Of a stretch of DNA of 64,000 bases, positions 1-14,180 are shown one piece after another (the first letter of the stretch is position 1; every line of letters starts with the position of its first letter). The notes below the pieces were generated by a model that saw nothing but the letters and a program-made list of their open reading frames with translations, searched no databases and was not told the origin of the DNA. Both the position numbers and the translations under genes were made by a program. The DNA comes from the human T2T-CHM13v2.0 reference genome, Homo sapiens, in assembly GCF_009914755.1 (NCBI RefSeq), contig NC_060933.1; one strand, 5' to 3'.

Positions 1-481
1 AAATTCTGTCTATATGATAAATACTTCCAGAAGAAAAGATGGAGAACACGGAGATTCATATGTATATTTTGTAAAGCTAATCACTAGAAAATAGTTGTAA
101 AAAATAATTCCACATGTACTACCAGAGCCATAAAACACAGAAGAGGGATTATAACAGAGAATGTGGATTTAGGGTTAATGTCTGGGGTGGAGAAACAGCT
201 GCAGAGGCCAGCAGATCCATAGCAGTCTTTCTGGATTACTAGGAAGAGTGGACAGCTGGTGCTTTACACCTCTCCACAGAAATCTGTGGACAAAGGTGAT
301 ATTTACAGGGTGCTTTGAACCTTTGAGGAAGAAAAGACCAAGAACTTTCCGCAAATAGAAATAAATAAGGGCTCTGATATAAAGTGGTAACCTATCTCAA
401 TAGAGATATTATGTGATGAAAAGTAAATTATATTTCATCAGTAGAACCTGGAAGTAATGCTGATGTAGAAGTTCTACAGAC

Positions 482-828
482 CAGCCTGAGCTATCCAGGC
501 CTTTATGATCCCTGAAAGTCATTGGATGTGGGCTAGCCTTTGATAGCGATGTGGCTTTGAGTGAGGCAGGTTTCTGAAGCTGAAGCAATCCCTGAAGGGG
601 CAGGCAGCTTAAGACCACCTGCTCACAACATTCCCAGGAGCTGGGCCACAAGTCCCTCATGGAGGGGGATCTGGGAAGCATCTGAATCAGGACCCTTTTG
701 TGTATGAATGAGGGCACTGCTAATAAAGATGCTGTGACAACAGGCACAACCATGACTCTCCAACTGGGACATGTGGCCACCTTTACTGTGACAATCCTTG
801 ATGCTACCCCACAATAGACACTTTGACA
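482..828 (+). repeat. Dispersed ~347-bp duplicate of 3577-3920 (part of an ERVL LTR plus its flank)
   Basis: CAGCCTGAGCTATCCAGGCC...GACACTTTGACA aligns collinearly with 3577-3920 at roughly 90% identity by eye. ORFs 409-897 and 3597-3962 give near-identical peptides. Confidence 0.95.
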
Positions 829-1529
829 GGAAGTATAATACCAGGAACTATAATAGAATTCAGACTGGACCAGAACAGAGACTATCTCAGAAAACATATC
901 AGCAAAAATGCTTCCATTGATTTCTCATTAAAAAGAAATTGGAATTTACATCAGAACCCCCCTATACATTTATATAGATTAGTACCTTTGTAAATTATAG
1001 TAAAATGTATATAGTCTTTATTCCATAGTTTGGGGTCAGTCCATTTTTTTAAGTACTTCTGTTATTTCCACAAAATCCCAAGTTCATGAATCTATCTAGG
1101 TATTATTGCATATGGATTTCTAGGCCAAGAGAATGCCATCCAATCATTTTAGTGAAGACCTTATCATCTCAAGAGGGCAAAACTAAGCATACTTTTCTCC
1201 TAATAAAATGTTATCCCGACCAAATATATTTCTATCTGGCATGCTGAACTTTGTAGTGTTAGTTAGTCTCTACATTCATATATGAAATTTTAATATTTCA
1301 AAATCTGGACAAATAAGATTTTTGTAAAAAGCCCAATAGACTCTTAATGTAAGCCAAGCTGAGAATTTGGCCCCAAATATCCTTTATTATTGATAATCAA
1401 GGTAGACTTGGAATTCATAATCATTTCCCTGTGGCAGCAATCAAGTTTTATATTTGAAAAGAACTGTGAATGATAGAACTGGGTGTAAGGAAGAAATTTT
1501 TTTGCTTCCATCATTATATTATTCACTGT

Positions 1530-1617
1530 GGTATCACTGAGGCCTGATTTGCGGTCTGGCACATTGCAGGAGTGCAATAATTGTTGAATAAAAGATTGAA
1601 AGAATGAATGAATGGAA
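1530..1617 (+). mobile_element. L2 LINE 3' end fragment
   Basis: Typical L2 tail: GGCACATTG...CAATAATTGTTGAAT...GAATGAATGAATG. Confidence 0.65.
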
Positions 1618-2639
1618 CAAGGAGAAATGTTCAGATAGGAAAGGAGTACAGGTCTTAATTGTAGCAATCATATTAAATTCTACAGTACTAACAGCAGAAC
1701 AAAGGACTGTCAAATGTCTCCTGGGGCTAAATTCTGGCACATAAAAACGTGTCATTGCATGGACCTCAAAGGACCTCTGCCCAGCCAGAGGCTGCCCTGG
1801 CTGTCTGGAGCCATCATTGCACTTTTTTTATATTGTTGCTTTAAAATTAAGCAGCTAGGTTAGTTCCTAGGTTAATAGTATTAATGACATTCCAAGACTT
1901 GATTTTTCCCCATTTTTAATCAGAAATGGAGACATGTCTTTTTAATAGTTTTAATGATTTCTAATTTTAGAAATGTTTATGAAATCAAATAGTCCACATT
2001 TTAAATGGAGCTACAGATATCAAAATCGGGTGATTTTTCTATTTTAGAAATATACTAGTTTTCAAGTGGAATACCAAGTGTGTTTAAGATTTACATATCC
2101 TTGTAGAATTTCCATTTATTTACCCTTAAAAAATGAGATAGATTGGATGTCTTATTCTATTAACCTTTTATATGCAGACTGCTTCATAGCTCTCAGTGGA
2201 ATCTAAAGTATTGTTAACTCAAAAATCAACAGTGTGATTATAAAGCTTCTTGAAGCCAATCACCAGAATGCATTAAGTAACTAGCAAGATTACATGGTGT
2301 TTCTAGCCTAATGTGGCACAATTCAGATTGCAATAATTGTTGCCCAGTGAAGGAAAGTATATGTCAAATCAATGAACTTATTCTTCTATGCTGATAACTG
2401 AGCCTAGCTATTAAAAGTCATTGATTAGCTTGAGAACAGCTATTAAAAGAAAGAGGCCAATAGGCTGACTGGGATGTTTAACTCTAATATTAAGTAGCTT
2501 TGCTAAAGTAAATAGCTGTTGTTCCTAAGCAATAAATCAATGTCTGGAAGAGCACATCAGTCATTTCCCAAGGCAGAACTCATCAGCCACATTGACTGGC
2601 TCAGCTCATGCATGGTGCTTCCAATTCCATTTTAGGAGG

Positions 2640-3340
2640 TTTTGTGCCAAAAGACAGAATGGAAGATGAAATATTTTGACTTTTTATTGCAATATTGTGC
2701 TAGATTTGGGGCGTTGGCCCTCCTGGCCTCAATGTCTAGTCCCTTCTGTGTTCTCTGCTGTCTTAGAGGCCTCTGAGTGGCCTTCCACACTGGGATCACT
2801 TTTGTACCACAGACCACGGACTCCATGTGAATGAAGGCCATGCGGACTACCACTTATGCCTATTTAGGTTATACATGCACAGGCCAAAGAAGTGTCTATT
2901 GGATGGTTTTCTTGACTCAGTGGGACCACTGTGAGGTGAAACTTGGATAGGACTACGTGTATAACCTGGCTTCTGTGTGCCCCCAGTTGAATAGGGATGT
3001 CATGATGATGTTTTGGATTTCTAGTATCAATGTCAATTTGGATTCTGGGTCCAACAATCCTCAGGATATTTATGCAGTCCCCTTTCCCCAGTTCACAATT
3101 ACTCAAGTAAATAGCCATCAGCCCCTTCAGAGAAAGACTAGTGGCATTTTCAGCATTCCCACCTGCCAGTTGTTTCAGAGTCCTTTTTCCAGGGGACCCA
3201 AACTCTTCTTTAATCAGGTTTCCAGTGATAAAGCTGTCTCAGGGTTTGGAAACTGGACAATGGATTGAGGCTTTTCATTGGAGCAATTATTCTTAGCTTC
3301 CTGATCATCCACCCTTCGTTTCTTTTGATGCTACAATTTG
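2640..3340 (-). mobile_element. Degenerate ERV-L (HERV16-like) internal fragment, gag end to protease region
   Basis: Minus strand about 3021-3110 translates as FT*VIVNWGKGTA*IS*GLLDPESKLTLIL, matching the ERV-L protease motif VHWGKG...GLLDTGSELTLIP. Confidence 0.8.
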
Positions 3341-3372
3341 GCCCAGCGTCAAAAGCCCCTCCCAGTATCATT

Positions 3373-3795
3373 GGTTGTGGGTTGGCTTCCCTGGGAAGCA
3401 GATTCTAAAGCAGAGTTTAATGTGTGCAGAGTATTTATTAAGGAGTGCCCCAGGGTCATCATCTGTGAAAGGGAATGCAGGAAGGCAGGGCTGGGCAGAG
3501 AGAAAGTAAGTGTCAATGCAGGTTCTCAGGGACCCCCCTGGGGCACTTGAGAGCCAGAACTCTAGGACCCTTCAGGCAGCCTGAGCTATCCAGGCCTTAT
3601 GATCTCTGAAAGTCATGGATGTGGGCTAGCCTTCGGAAGAGGTGTGGCTTTGAGTGAGGCAGGTCTCTGTGGCTGAGGCAATCCCTGAAGGGGCAGGCAA
3701 CTGCAGACCATCTGCTTAACAACATTCCCAGGAGCTGGGCCATTCCCACATGGAGTGGCCATCTGGGAAGCATCCGAATCAGGACCCTTTTGTGT
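3373..3795 (-). mobile_element. ERVL-class LTR (LTR33/LTR16-like)
   Basis: GGTTGGCTTCCCTGGGAAGCAGATTCT...TTTATTAAGGAGTGCCC is the characteristic LTR33/16 terminus. It adjoins the ERV-L internal fragment. Confidence 0.7.
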
Positions 3796-3920
3796 ATGAA
3801 TGAGGGCACTGCTAATAAAGATGCTGTGACAACAGGCACAGCCATGACTCCCCAACTGGGACATGTGGTCACCTTTGCTGTGACAATCCCTGATGCTACC
3901 CCACGAGAGACACTTTGACA
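3577..3920 (+). repeat. Probable source copy of the 482-828 duplicate
   Basis: Continuous with the LTR at 3373, so likely the donor. Confidence 0.9.
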
Positions 3921-4669
3921 AGATGCTTCAGCATATGGTGATGTGCTGATGTGGAGAAGCACTCATGCCTCCCTTGCACTTTCAGCTTCTACTTATCAAC
4001 CACAGGATAGGATCGGTCCTTCAAAGGATATTAACAAGGACACGATATGAAGGTTATCCTCTATGCGCTTTTTGACGTGAGAAATACTTTAATACAACTT
4101 TTTTCAAGGGAAAACTATGCCTTTTGTGTAAAGTACTTAAAAATAGGCAAGTGACATTAAATTAAATATTCCCAGACTTATTTCTCTAAATCCTGACCTC
4201 ACAAGGCAGAAAATTGTACCTCAAAATTGATGTCATTTACTTGATATCATCAATTATTAAGAGGTGTTTGGTGCATGATGGCTTCAGGAATCTTGATCAG
4301 AAGATAAATGGAGGATGAAACAATGAGAAAAAGGATGTGAGAGGCACTGAAGTACTGCGAATGTCCTACTGGGGCCTTTACATGTCCCTTCCTTCCCACA
4401 TCTCTGGCATAGGACCTTAACCCCTAACTATTCCTCCCTATCCCCTCTTGATAAAATTCACGTTGTCCAAACAATAGGTGCTAATCCACAAGAACTTCTC
4501 TCTTTTGAGAACCATTCTTATTCACAACTTAGGAAACTAGCTGAACTTGCTGACCCCTTCCTGCTAAATCCCTATAGAAGACCCCTCCTCCTTCTCCAAA
4601 TTAGGAGGCCTCTTCAGAGCCTCTCCTGCCTGGCATGTAACAATGAAGGCTTATACTAATGGCATTCTG

Positions 4670-5000
4670 GGCTGGATGTGGTGGCTCACGAGCCTGTAAT
4701 TCCAGCACATTGGGAAGCCCAGGTGGGGAGATCACTGGAGCCCAGGAGTTCTAGACCAACCTGGGCAACATGGCAAAACCCATCTCTACAAAATAAAATT
4801 TAAAAAATTTGCTGGGCATCATGGCACGTGCCTGTAGTCCCAACTACCCAGGAGGCTGAAGGGGGAGGATCACTTGAGCCCAGGAGGTTGAGGCTGCAGT
4901 GAGCCGTGATCATGCCACTGCACTCTATCCTGAGCAACAGAGTGAGACCCTGTCTCAAAAAAAAAAAAAAGAAAAAAGAAAAAAGAAAAAGAAAAAAAAA
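4670..5000 (+). mobile_element. AluJ
   Basis: Dimeric Alu with J-type GGAGGTTGAGGCTGCAGTGAGCCGTGATC, A-rich tail and TSD CTAAT(G/A)GCATTCTG at 4656-4669 and 5009-5022. Confidence 0.95.
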
Positions 5001-5372
5001 TCCCCAACCTAATAGCATTCTGGTTGATTTTATTCCACAGAAGGAGAGATATTAGAGTGAATTAAGAAGTTAGATATCAGGGGAAAGTTACTGGTTTTAT
5101 GACTGCCAACCTTAGCAGGTGAGCTAGCGTAAAAGCACAAATTGAGTGTTTAAAGCCACAAATATGATAGCTTGGACTTTTTGTTTGTTTATAGCAACTG
5201 TCTTCCCCTGAGCACATCAAAAAAAATAATCTCTAAATCATAAAGAATAGAAGTGGTTTGACTTCTGTATCCCTTGATGTTGACAAACAAGAATTCATTT
5301 GATCTTCACAGTAAGATAATAAGATAGACAAGAATAGATATTAACATCAGCATTTGACAGATAAAGTAAGCC

Positions 5373-5425
5373 TTAGGATGATTATATTAGGATGATTATA
5401 TTAGGATTATATTCAGGTGATTATA
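5373..5425. repeat. Short tandem repeat, 14-bp unit TTAGGATGATTATA
   Basis: Two perfect copies followed by degenerate copies. Confidence 0.85.
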
Positions 5426-6159
5426 TATGACTTGCTCTAAATTGGCCCACAGGTAGCAAAGTTTTGGAACAAACATTTTATTTCATGACTTCTGGAAATT
5501 AAATTTGCCCTGAAATGAGAATTATAGGAGAAAAAATGAAACCATCTAGATTTTGGGAAGGGACCATTGTTTTTCTTCCATCATTGCTTTATCTTAGCAC
5601 TAACAGAGTGGCTAGAACTTAGGAGATAATAAATATTTACTGAATGAAAAGAAAAAGAGTTCAAATGAGGTCTACCGCACATGCTCCTGTGCATGGCAGC
5701 CATGGTGAGAGAAGTAATATTGGATAAGAAAAAGCAGGCAGAATCCTTAAGGGATTAGAGTAGAGAGGAAGCTAAACTTGCAAGATCCTGGGATCTAGTG
5801 GATAAACCTATGCAGAGCCAAGGAATTTCCAGGTAAAGCTATAATTTATAAAGCACAGCTGGACTCTGTTTGCATTTGTTCTATTATTTTTTAAATCTAG
5901 GTTTTGTTAGACTCAGGATAAGTAGCCGATCATTTTAGGTGAACAGGTAAGAGGAATAAAGATAATTTACCAGCAAGTAGCCCAAAGTCTTTGTCTTCTC
6001 CATGCCATATGTAAGGCGCACAGCCGGACTTCAGGTCGAGTGACAAAACCTGTTAATACCTACAGTCAATGTGATAAGATGTAGGTGGAGAAGAGAGTGA
6101 GTTGTGACTAAGGTGAATAGAAATATTCACTTGCAAATGTTTTAAATGACCACTTTTTA

Positions 6160-6545
6160 TACTAAGGACTTTAGTTTATGTTGCATTTATTTTTGTGTAT
6201 GGGGTAACGAAGAAGTAGAGTTTATTTTTTTTCATATGGATAGCTAGCTGTCCCAGTACCATTTATTGAATGAACATTATTTTCCCATTGGTCTCAATGG
6301 GAAATGGAGCTCATTCATGTATCTGCATACACCTGGGGCCTGACTGGCACTGGAGTGACAGGGTGACTGGGTCCACCAGCAGGTCAGCCTAGTCTTGCCC
6401 ACGTAGTAGCTGACAGCATTTCTCTTAAGGGGTAGGCACAGAACTGGCACGCATTGACCAAATGACATTTCCACTAATGTCATTGATTAAGGGTTCATTT
6501 TTAAGTGGATTTGTTTGTATTATTTCTATTCTATTTCTGATTTAT
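6160..6545 (-). mobile_element. Old L1M fragment interrupted by a ~170-bp insert (about 6300-6470)
   Basis: TTTTTCATATGGATAGCTAGCTGTCCCAGTACCATTTATTGAA is antisense L1M ORF2. L1-like sequence resumes after 6470. Confidence 0.7.
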
Positions 6546-6577
6546 TTTATAAAATTTATTATAAAAATTATGAAGCA

Positions 6578-6600
6578 TATATATATATATATATATATAT
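6578..6600. repeat. (TA)n microsatellite
   Basis: Direct TA run. Confidence 0.95.
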
Positions 6601-6779
6601 GGTATAAAGAATAATATAGCAAACATCATGCAGCTTTAGAAATAGAACATGTCCCCTGTATATTACTCCCTGGTTGTAATTGGCTCTTCATAAAAATGTT
6701 TCTAAGTCTCCAAATTTACTTGAATCATAGCATCGTAAGTTTGGAAGACCATTTAGTTCAGGTCCTCATCAGTCTATCA

Positions 6780-7450
<671 letters not shown>

Positions 7451-7454
7451 CTAT

Positions 7455-7941
7455 TGTATCAGTTATCTATTGCTGTGTAACAAACTACCTCAAAACTTAC
7501 AGGCTTGAAAACAAGCATTATTTATTGCTCTTGATTATGTGGATTGATAGTTCAGGTGAAAATAGCTAGGCACCTCTGATTTAATCTGGGCTCACTCATG
7601 CATCTGCATTCAACCACCAGATCAGCTGGGGCCTGACTGGCGCTAGAGTAACAAGGTGACTGGGTTCATGTCTCTCACCACCCGTGGAATGGCCTGGTCT
7701 TGCCCACGTGTAGCTGACAGGGTTTCTCTAAGTGTTGAGCTCAGAACTGGCACACACTGGCCAAATTAAGTCACAGAGCCACATTGTATTATCTTCATCA
7801 AGTCACAAGGCCAGCCCAGATTCAAAGGGTGGTAAAATAAACTTTTTCTTTGATAGGAGAAAATACAAAGTCATAGTGGAAGAGGTGTGCCCACAGACAG
7901 AGGTGGAGGTGGTAGCTCTGTGTGTTTTTGTAATCCACCCC
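7455..7941 (-). mobile_element. MaLR LTR (MLT1H/I-like)
   Basis: TGTATCAGTTATCTATTGCTGTGTAACAAACTACCTCAAAACTTA terminus and AAGTCACAAGGCCAGCCCAGATTCAA motif. Confidence 0.8.
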
Positions 7942-10900
7942 AGCTGCATCTTTAGCTTCAGTTTTAATCAGAAAAAAAAAAAAGGTTAAAATTTCAAAAC
8001 TCTGAGGAGTGGATATGTGGGCATTTGTTATTCCCATACATTTCCGCATGCTTGAAATAATTTATAATTGATCATTTTAATAATATTTAAAATGTGATTA
8101 TGTGGTCATCTTGGTGTACCAGAAATATTTCCTGCATCCCATCAAACCAACACAATAACTGTTAGTTACATACCTAAGAATCACCACCTGGATCCTTTAA
8201 CAGTGTATGGATAAAATTTGCCACATATTGGGGATCTGGGTGAATTTCCATTTAAACAGCAAAGTTCAGCCTTCTGATTTGCTCCTGTTGTTCTAATTAC
8301 TTACCTGGAGAAATCGTTTCCTCATTTTCTAGCCTATCCTGCCATAGGCCTCTGCTGTGCCCAGTTAGATCCTGGCTTAGGAAAACAACTGTAGACTGCA
8401 TGATAATAATAGCAGATCTGATTGCATGGATCTCTGTGAAGGTATGTGTGTGTCTGCAGATGTGCTTATTGTTACAAAAGGAATGAAACAAAATATGTAC
8501 TAGGCATGAGAGATATTGCCACAACTTCTCCATTATCTACAGAGGGATTTATCCACAACCAAATTTTAATATCAGGGTAGAATCCTCAAATGTATTTCTG
8601 AGTTTTCCCCTCCTGCTAATTGTGTGTAAGGGGAGCACAAGCTAATTCTAATAGCAGCCTGGGAGAAACATAATTAAGGATACAAATATAATACAGGCCA
8701 TATATTCCCAATTCTAACACATATTATGTTGGGTAATCTGCTATTTTGGATTATCTCTTTATTTCTAAGGTTGACAGTTTTCTATTTCCACTATCAACTT
8801 CCTCATCTATGTATAGATAAGCCCTTTAAATTTGTATTCAACCTAAAGTGGGACCTGCTGTACCCAAGAAATACCAAGAATTAGTCTCCTTCCGTGCCAC
8901 CTTTCCAGACCTTTGAGTCTCCCCATTCAGCCACGTGTGACAATCTGTCCCAGAAAATTGGAAAACCGTTCACTTTAATTGGTTCTAAAATGGAGGATTC
9001 AGTGCCTGTGCTGAGTTTGGGGATGAAACTAACATTTTACAAAGCCCAGCCCAGCAGCAGCTGCCCTTTGGGATTTGGGAGGTAGAGCAGCAAGTCACTC
9101 TGGAATTTAGAGCTTTATTACAAAGAAGTGCTAACTCTTCGGGTTCTGCTTATAAATGGAATAAAGGGAGAATCTGGCTCACCCATGAGCGCTTTAACCT
9201 TGTACATGCTCAATATCCTTATGAAATGCAATATCTTATGATCCTTTAAATAACAAATGACCTTATTCCCTTTTATGGGGTCATTAAGGCCTCTAACAGT
9301 CCAGGTTTAAATCCCAGCTACTACTGTGCATCTTAATTTACTATTCATATGTGAATCTCTCTCTGGCTCCCAATTACTATACAACAGCAACCGGCTCATC
9401 AGATTATCCCCATCGGAATGTGTCTGTTAAAGACATTGCAGTTTACATCTTAGGGCCCTAATTAAAGTCACAATACTTGATAAACCTTGAACAACTAGTA
9501 ATTGGAAACTAACAATTAGTACCAGCCACCTTAGCTGAAATCAGCTCTACTGCTGGCTCCATGACGAAGCAAAAGGAAATTAGTACACCAGAGATGGCCC
9601 AGATGCCAAATATATGTTTGAGCCACTCCTGGGTTTCAGCCAAAGCAATGAAAAGGACTTGGCATTAAAATATTATTAGCTAAAAATCTTTATATAGACA
9701 TCTGTGCCATGGAATAGATCAGTCTGATATTCCTGTGGCTTTTCAGCCTTTATCATCCTCATTACAGTTTTCATCATCCTGTCTCTGGGTATCTGTGGAG
9801 ATGGTGCTATAAGACCACCTCTTTGAGCTGCTTTTCCTCTCAAAAGCCTACAGCTTGCTTTCTTTCCTAACAAAGCGCAGGTCACATCATCCTACTGTAT
9901 TCTGTATATACTCTCCCTCTTTGCACCCCTTGTTGTCTACATCTTCAGAATGTCTGAGGCTGAAGGCATAGTAGGAAGCCCACAGATTGATTTGGGGAGT
10001 ATATGAGAAGCTTGAAGGACTGTAGGCACTATGTCATGTCTCCCAATTAGCTGGCATATTATTCTGGGAACACACGCTTTGGAGGCAACAGGAAAGACTA
10101 TATCCTAGTTCTCTATCCTGGAGACTTGCTGATGGGCCTTTTGCAAGTGAAAATGTGTTAACAGTGGCACTTTGCAATGGGCAGCAAGAGAGGAAATCTC
10201 CTCAGAATGACCTTCTGTTTCGTTGGTCAGCATCCTATCTCCACTCTCTTATTCCCATTTCATTGAATAGCTAATGGAATGGGATATGACTCTAAGGAGC
10301 TTCAGCAGACTTGATGAAGCATCCCAAATGCCTTCTCTCTAATCCACTTACCTCGTGATTTTCCAGGAGTTCTTGGCAATGGGAAAAGTGTGATGTTTAA
10401 GCAGTCTTCCCTGAAAACATGGCTTCAGTTGCCATGGCAAGTACAATTTGGGATGGTTTTGTAATCTTAATCCTCCTCTCTTTCACCCTTCTCAAGAGAG
10501 CCCAGATGGTCGTTTCAAAGTATTCCAAAAAATTAATCAGACAAATGAATGATAGGTGGGTTGGACCTTGCATTTTGTGTTTCTTTTTAAAGTGAACAAG
10601 TATGTCTTAAGTAGTTTTGGAGTTTTATCACAAAATAAATACATATTCTCTGCAGCACTTTATCTGCTCTACAAACTTGACTAAATAAGTTTTTCACACC
10701 TGCATTGTGTTCTGATTTATTCCATGGCAGGTTCTGGGATCTCCTTCAAGCCTGTCCTCATATAGCACCTGGATCTATATAAAATAAATTTCCTGTACTA
10801 TCCTACCATGGTGGATCAAACCTAGAAGAGAGTTGAGCCAAAGACTATCCAATGTGAAGAGAGATGTAAGAGGTTCTGCTTGTACAGTATACAGAATAGA

Positions 10901-11660
10901 TCCTTATTCCCTGGACTATTGTCATGATTAAATAATTTGAAAAGCAATGATCAGTATACACAGATGGGACACTTCTTAACTGGTTTTGTGCAGAGTTTAT
11001 TCATATTTTGAATCTAATCGGTGCTCTTTTGAACTACATAAAATAGATCTAAATTCAGATCCTGTAATTTCCTGTCAATCAAAAGTTTAAAGCTGTGAAT
11101 AGATATTGGCCAATGTGTAGCAGTTCAAGAAAGGCAGTGACTTAACTGTTGACACTCATAGCCACGAACAACCCTCAGCAAAACCATCTAATGAGTGTCT
11201 CTTCTCTACTCTACAGCTCTTTATCCTCTTCCTAGTTTCTCCCTTTCTCCAAACCTATCCTACAACCATTAATAAAGGGCAGACTTTCAGCTGGTGGAAA
11301 ACCAATCCACTGTAAGAATAACCATGACAGCCATAAATATTACCTGATATTCTATGGGTATTCTTGACAACGCAGAGGCCTCAAGAGAAAAAAGAATGAA
11401 ACTCTGATCATGTATATAGTATAACAAATTAAGGGGCACAGCTTACAGAGACCTTGCAAGCAAAATAAGCAGCAAGAAGAAAGTAGAAGATAGTGGGATA
11501 AAGGAACCTACTCTTTGTTGTACCTTTTATCAAATGGAATTTATACAGGGCTATCTGCTAAAGAACTCATCAAATCTTTGAGCCTATAGGGTCTGTAGAA
11601 CTTAGAGTTGATGTAGTCCAAGACTTTTTTCTAACGTATTAGTCTTTCCTGGATGGTCAT

Positions 11661-12021
11661 TGATATGGTTTGGCTCTGTCCCCTTCCAAATCTCATCTTG
11701 AATTGTAGCTCCCATAATTCCCACGTGTTGTGGGAGGGACCCAGTAGAAGATAATTGAATCATGGGGACAGTTGCCCCATACTGTTCTCATGGTACTGAA
11801 TAAGTCTCATGAGATCTAATTGTTTTATAAGGCATTTCCCCTTTCACTTGGCTCTCATTCTCTCTTGCCTGCCACTATGTAAGATGTGCCTTTCTCCTTC
11901 TGCCACAATTGTGTGGTCTCCCCAGCCATGTGGAACTGAAAATCAATTAAATCTCTTTTTCTTTATTAACTACCCATTCTCGGGTATGTCTTTATCAGCA
12001 CTGTGAGAACTGACTAATACA
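11661..12021 (+). mobile_element. THE1 solo LTR (MaLR)
   Basis: TGATATGGTTTGGCT...GACTAATACA termini with a perfect 5-bp TSD GTCAT (11656-11660 and 12022-12026). Confidence 0.95.
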
Positions 12022-13954
12022 GTCATTTAGTCTCTCTTTGAATACCTATAGGGACAAGTGAGTAATTATTTCAAAGTGTGGCACATAGTGTTTTTGCAAT
12101 ATTCTGATTCCTTATGTTAAATCAAAGTTTGTGTCTCAGAACCATTCTCCCATTGGTCTTGGATCTTCTCTCTAGAGATATTCAGAAAAATAGCTGTTTC
12201 TTCTTGCTTATAAGCAGTTTGTTTACTCATTATTCCCATTATTCTCATTGTAACAATTTTTTAGAAAATACAAAGTAGAAAAATACTAGTAAAACTGCAA
12301 CCAAATAGAACCACTGTATTAATATTCCAGTATTTATCTTCCAGTTTTTATACCTTTATAGAAAAGTTAAGATTATAGTGTACATATTTTTATAAAACTG
12401 ACTATGTATTTCAATAATATTAATCAAAAAAATTTCATGTGTTATAGCATACACAGTATTCTTCCACAGCACTATTTTTTCTTAGCTGCATCATCTCCTT
12501 TTGTATGATTGGACCATATTTTATTTATTCCATTCCTGCTGTTAAGCATTTAGGTATTTTCTAACATAAAACCACTACAATTCATATTTATTAATTCATG
12601 TATGAATATGCGTTGATTGTCACTTTATGCTAACAATTGTACTCGGTACTGGGAAAAAGAGGGTAAAAGAATTCCAAAATGATCCCTGTCCTAAAGGAGC
12701 TCATATCCTCCTTTTAGCTTAATTTATAGTAATTTGATTGCCTTAGGTAATAGGTAATTTTACTTCCCTATAAGGGAAGGGAAGTAGAACAGAGAAAATA
12801 CACATTATACATTGGAGAAATCTTTGGCTTTTTATTGAGAAGTAGTCATCCAGGTGTACACCTTCCTTGTTTGAGAGAGCCTTTTTCCTCCCAATGTCCC
12901 CAGCACTGAATTTTTATCACTCTGTTAAACCTTCCAAATTTGAGGTTGACTATAAAGAAATCACACTGTTATTTTAATTGGAATTTCTTTAACTTCTAGT
13001 TATTTACTGTCATTTTTTGGGTGGGAATTGTTAAAACAAGCCACTTTCAGCACACTATTCATCATAAAATACTCTAAGATTTAAAAAATGCTCTTTTATA
13101 AGCTAACAGAATTTTAATCAAAGATAGAAAATGCTTATGACCTCATTTCATCTTTTATATGAACTACGCCAAATTGTTTGCTTGCTTCTTCAAGTGACTG
13201 GTGTGTTTTTTTTAGCAAGTGTTACAAGGTGTTCACAAGCTAAGTGCTTTTTTTGAACACCTGATTTCTTCCACTGAAAAGCCTTTGAGCCCAAGAAAAC
13301 AGGTTTTAATAGGGTTAATTTAGTTACTCAGGCTGTCACAGTGACTTCACTCCCAATTATCTTGTGGTGGTACGTATTTGTCTCAACCTACACATTATTT
13401 TAACATAGCTGTGTTTAATAGCATGTGGAGAGAGTAAGTGTTTACTTTCATTTAACAGAGTAGCACATGATCTGTTCAACAGCCACCATCATGAAACAGA
13501 AAATAAGTTGGTCTCAGAGCATGAGAACAGAGAATCTAAAATGCAAGTCCAGGCCTTGGTAATACTGGCAGATTCCCTCTGGGGTTCACCACAGGTCTGT
13601 GACCCTCTAACAGATCACCTGAGCTTGCCTGGTGGCCCATAGGCAATGATAGATGCCCTAAATTATAAGCAGGACCCAAAGTAAAGAAGACCCAGGCATG
13701 CTAGTTACAGAAGGGTTCTGCTTATTCTCTAAGGAACTGGACAGACTCACTTGCTAGAGGTTTCTTCCTCTGTTCTCTAGCCAAGTTGCCCTCACCTTTT
13801 AGCCACATTTCTCTCTTCTTCTCTGAGATGGTTGGGAAGCTCCATGCAGTTAGACTAAAGATATATGTGGTTCATCTTAGGTGACACTTTTCCAGGAAGC
13901 TCCTTCTGGTCCTTTCAAATGTGTATACTGGATCTCTCTTCTGAGGCCCAAAGG

Positions 13955-14180
13955 CACTAATAATAGCAAACACTTCTATAGTGTTAATTATGCTAGGCAT
14001 TCTTCTAAACCCTCTCTTTAATTAACTCACTTAATCCTTGCAACAATCCTATGAGAAGAATATTATCTCAGTTTCATAAATGAAGAAAATGCAGAAGATA
14101 GAAGTACCTTGCCCAGGGTTACACAGTTGATAAGGAGAACCAGAATTCTAGCCCTGGCATTCTGGCCCTAGAATCCATTA
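13955..14180 (-). mobile_element. MIR SINE
   Basis: CTTAATCCTTGCAACAATCCTATGAG...CTTGCCCAGGGTTACACAG MIR core. Confidence 0.8.

Noticed and set aside
409-897. 162-aa ORF and its 121-aa look-alike at 3597-3962 as a duplicated gene pair
   Set aside because: Their similarity is fully explained by the DNA duplication of LTR-derived sequence. The frames diverge through indels and there is no recognisable domain.
9728-9826. Hydrophobic frame YSCGFSAFIILITVFIILSLGICG as a transmembrane exon
   Set aside because: Short, bounded by stops, without convincing splice or start context. Such frames arise by chance in T-rich DNA.
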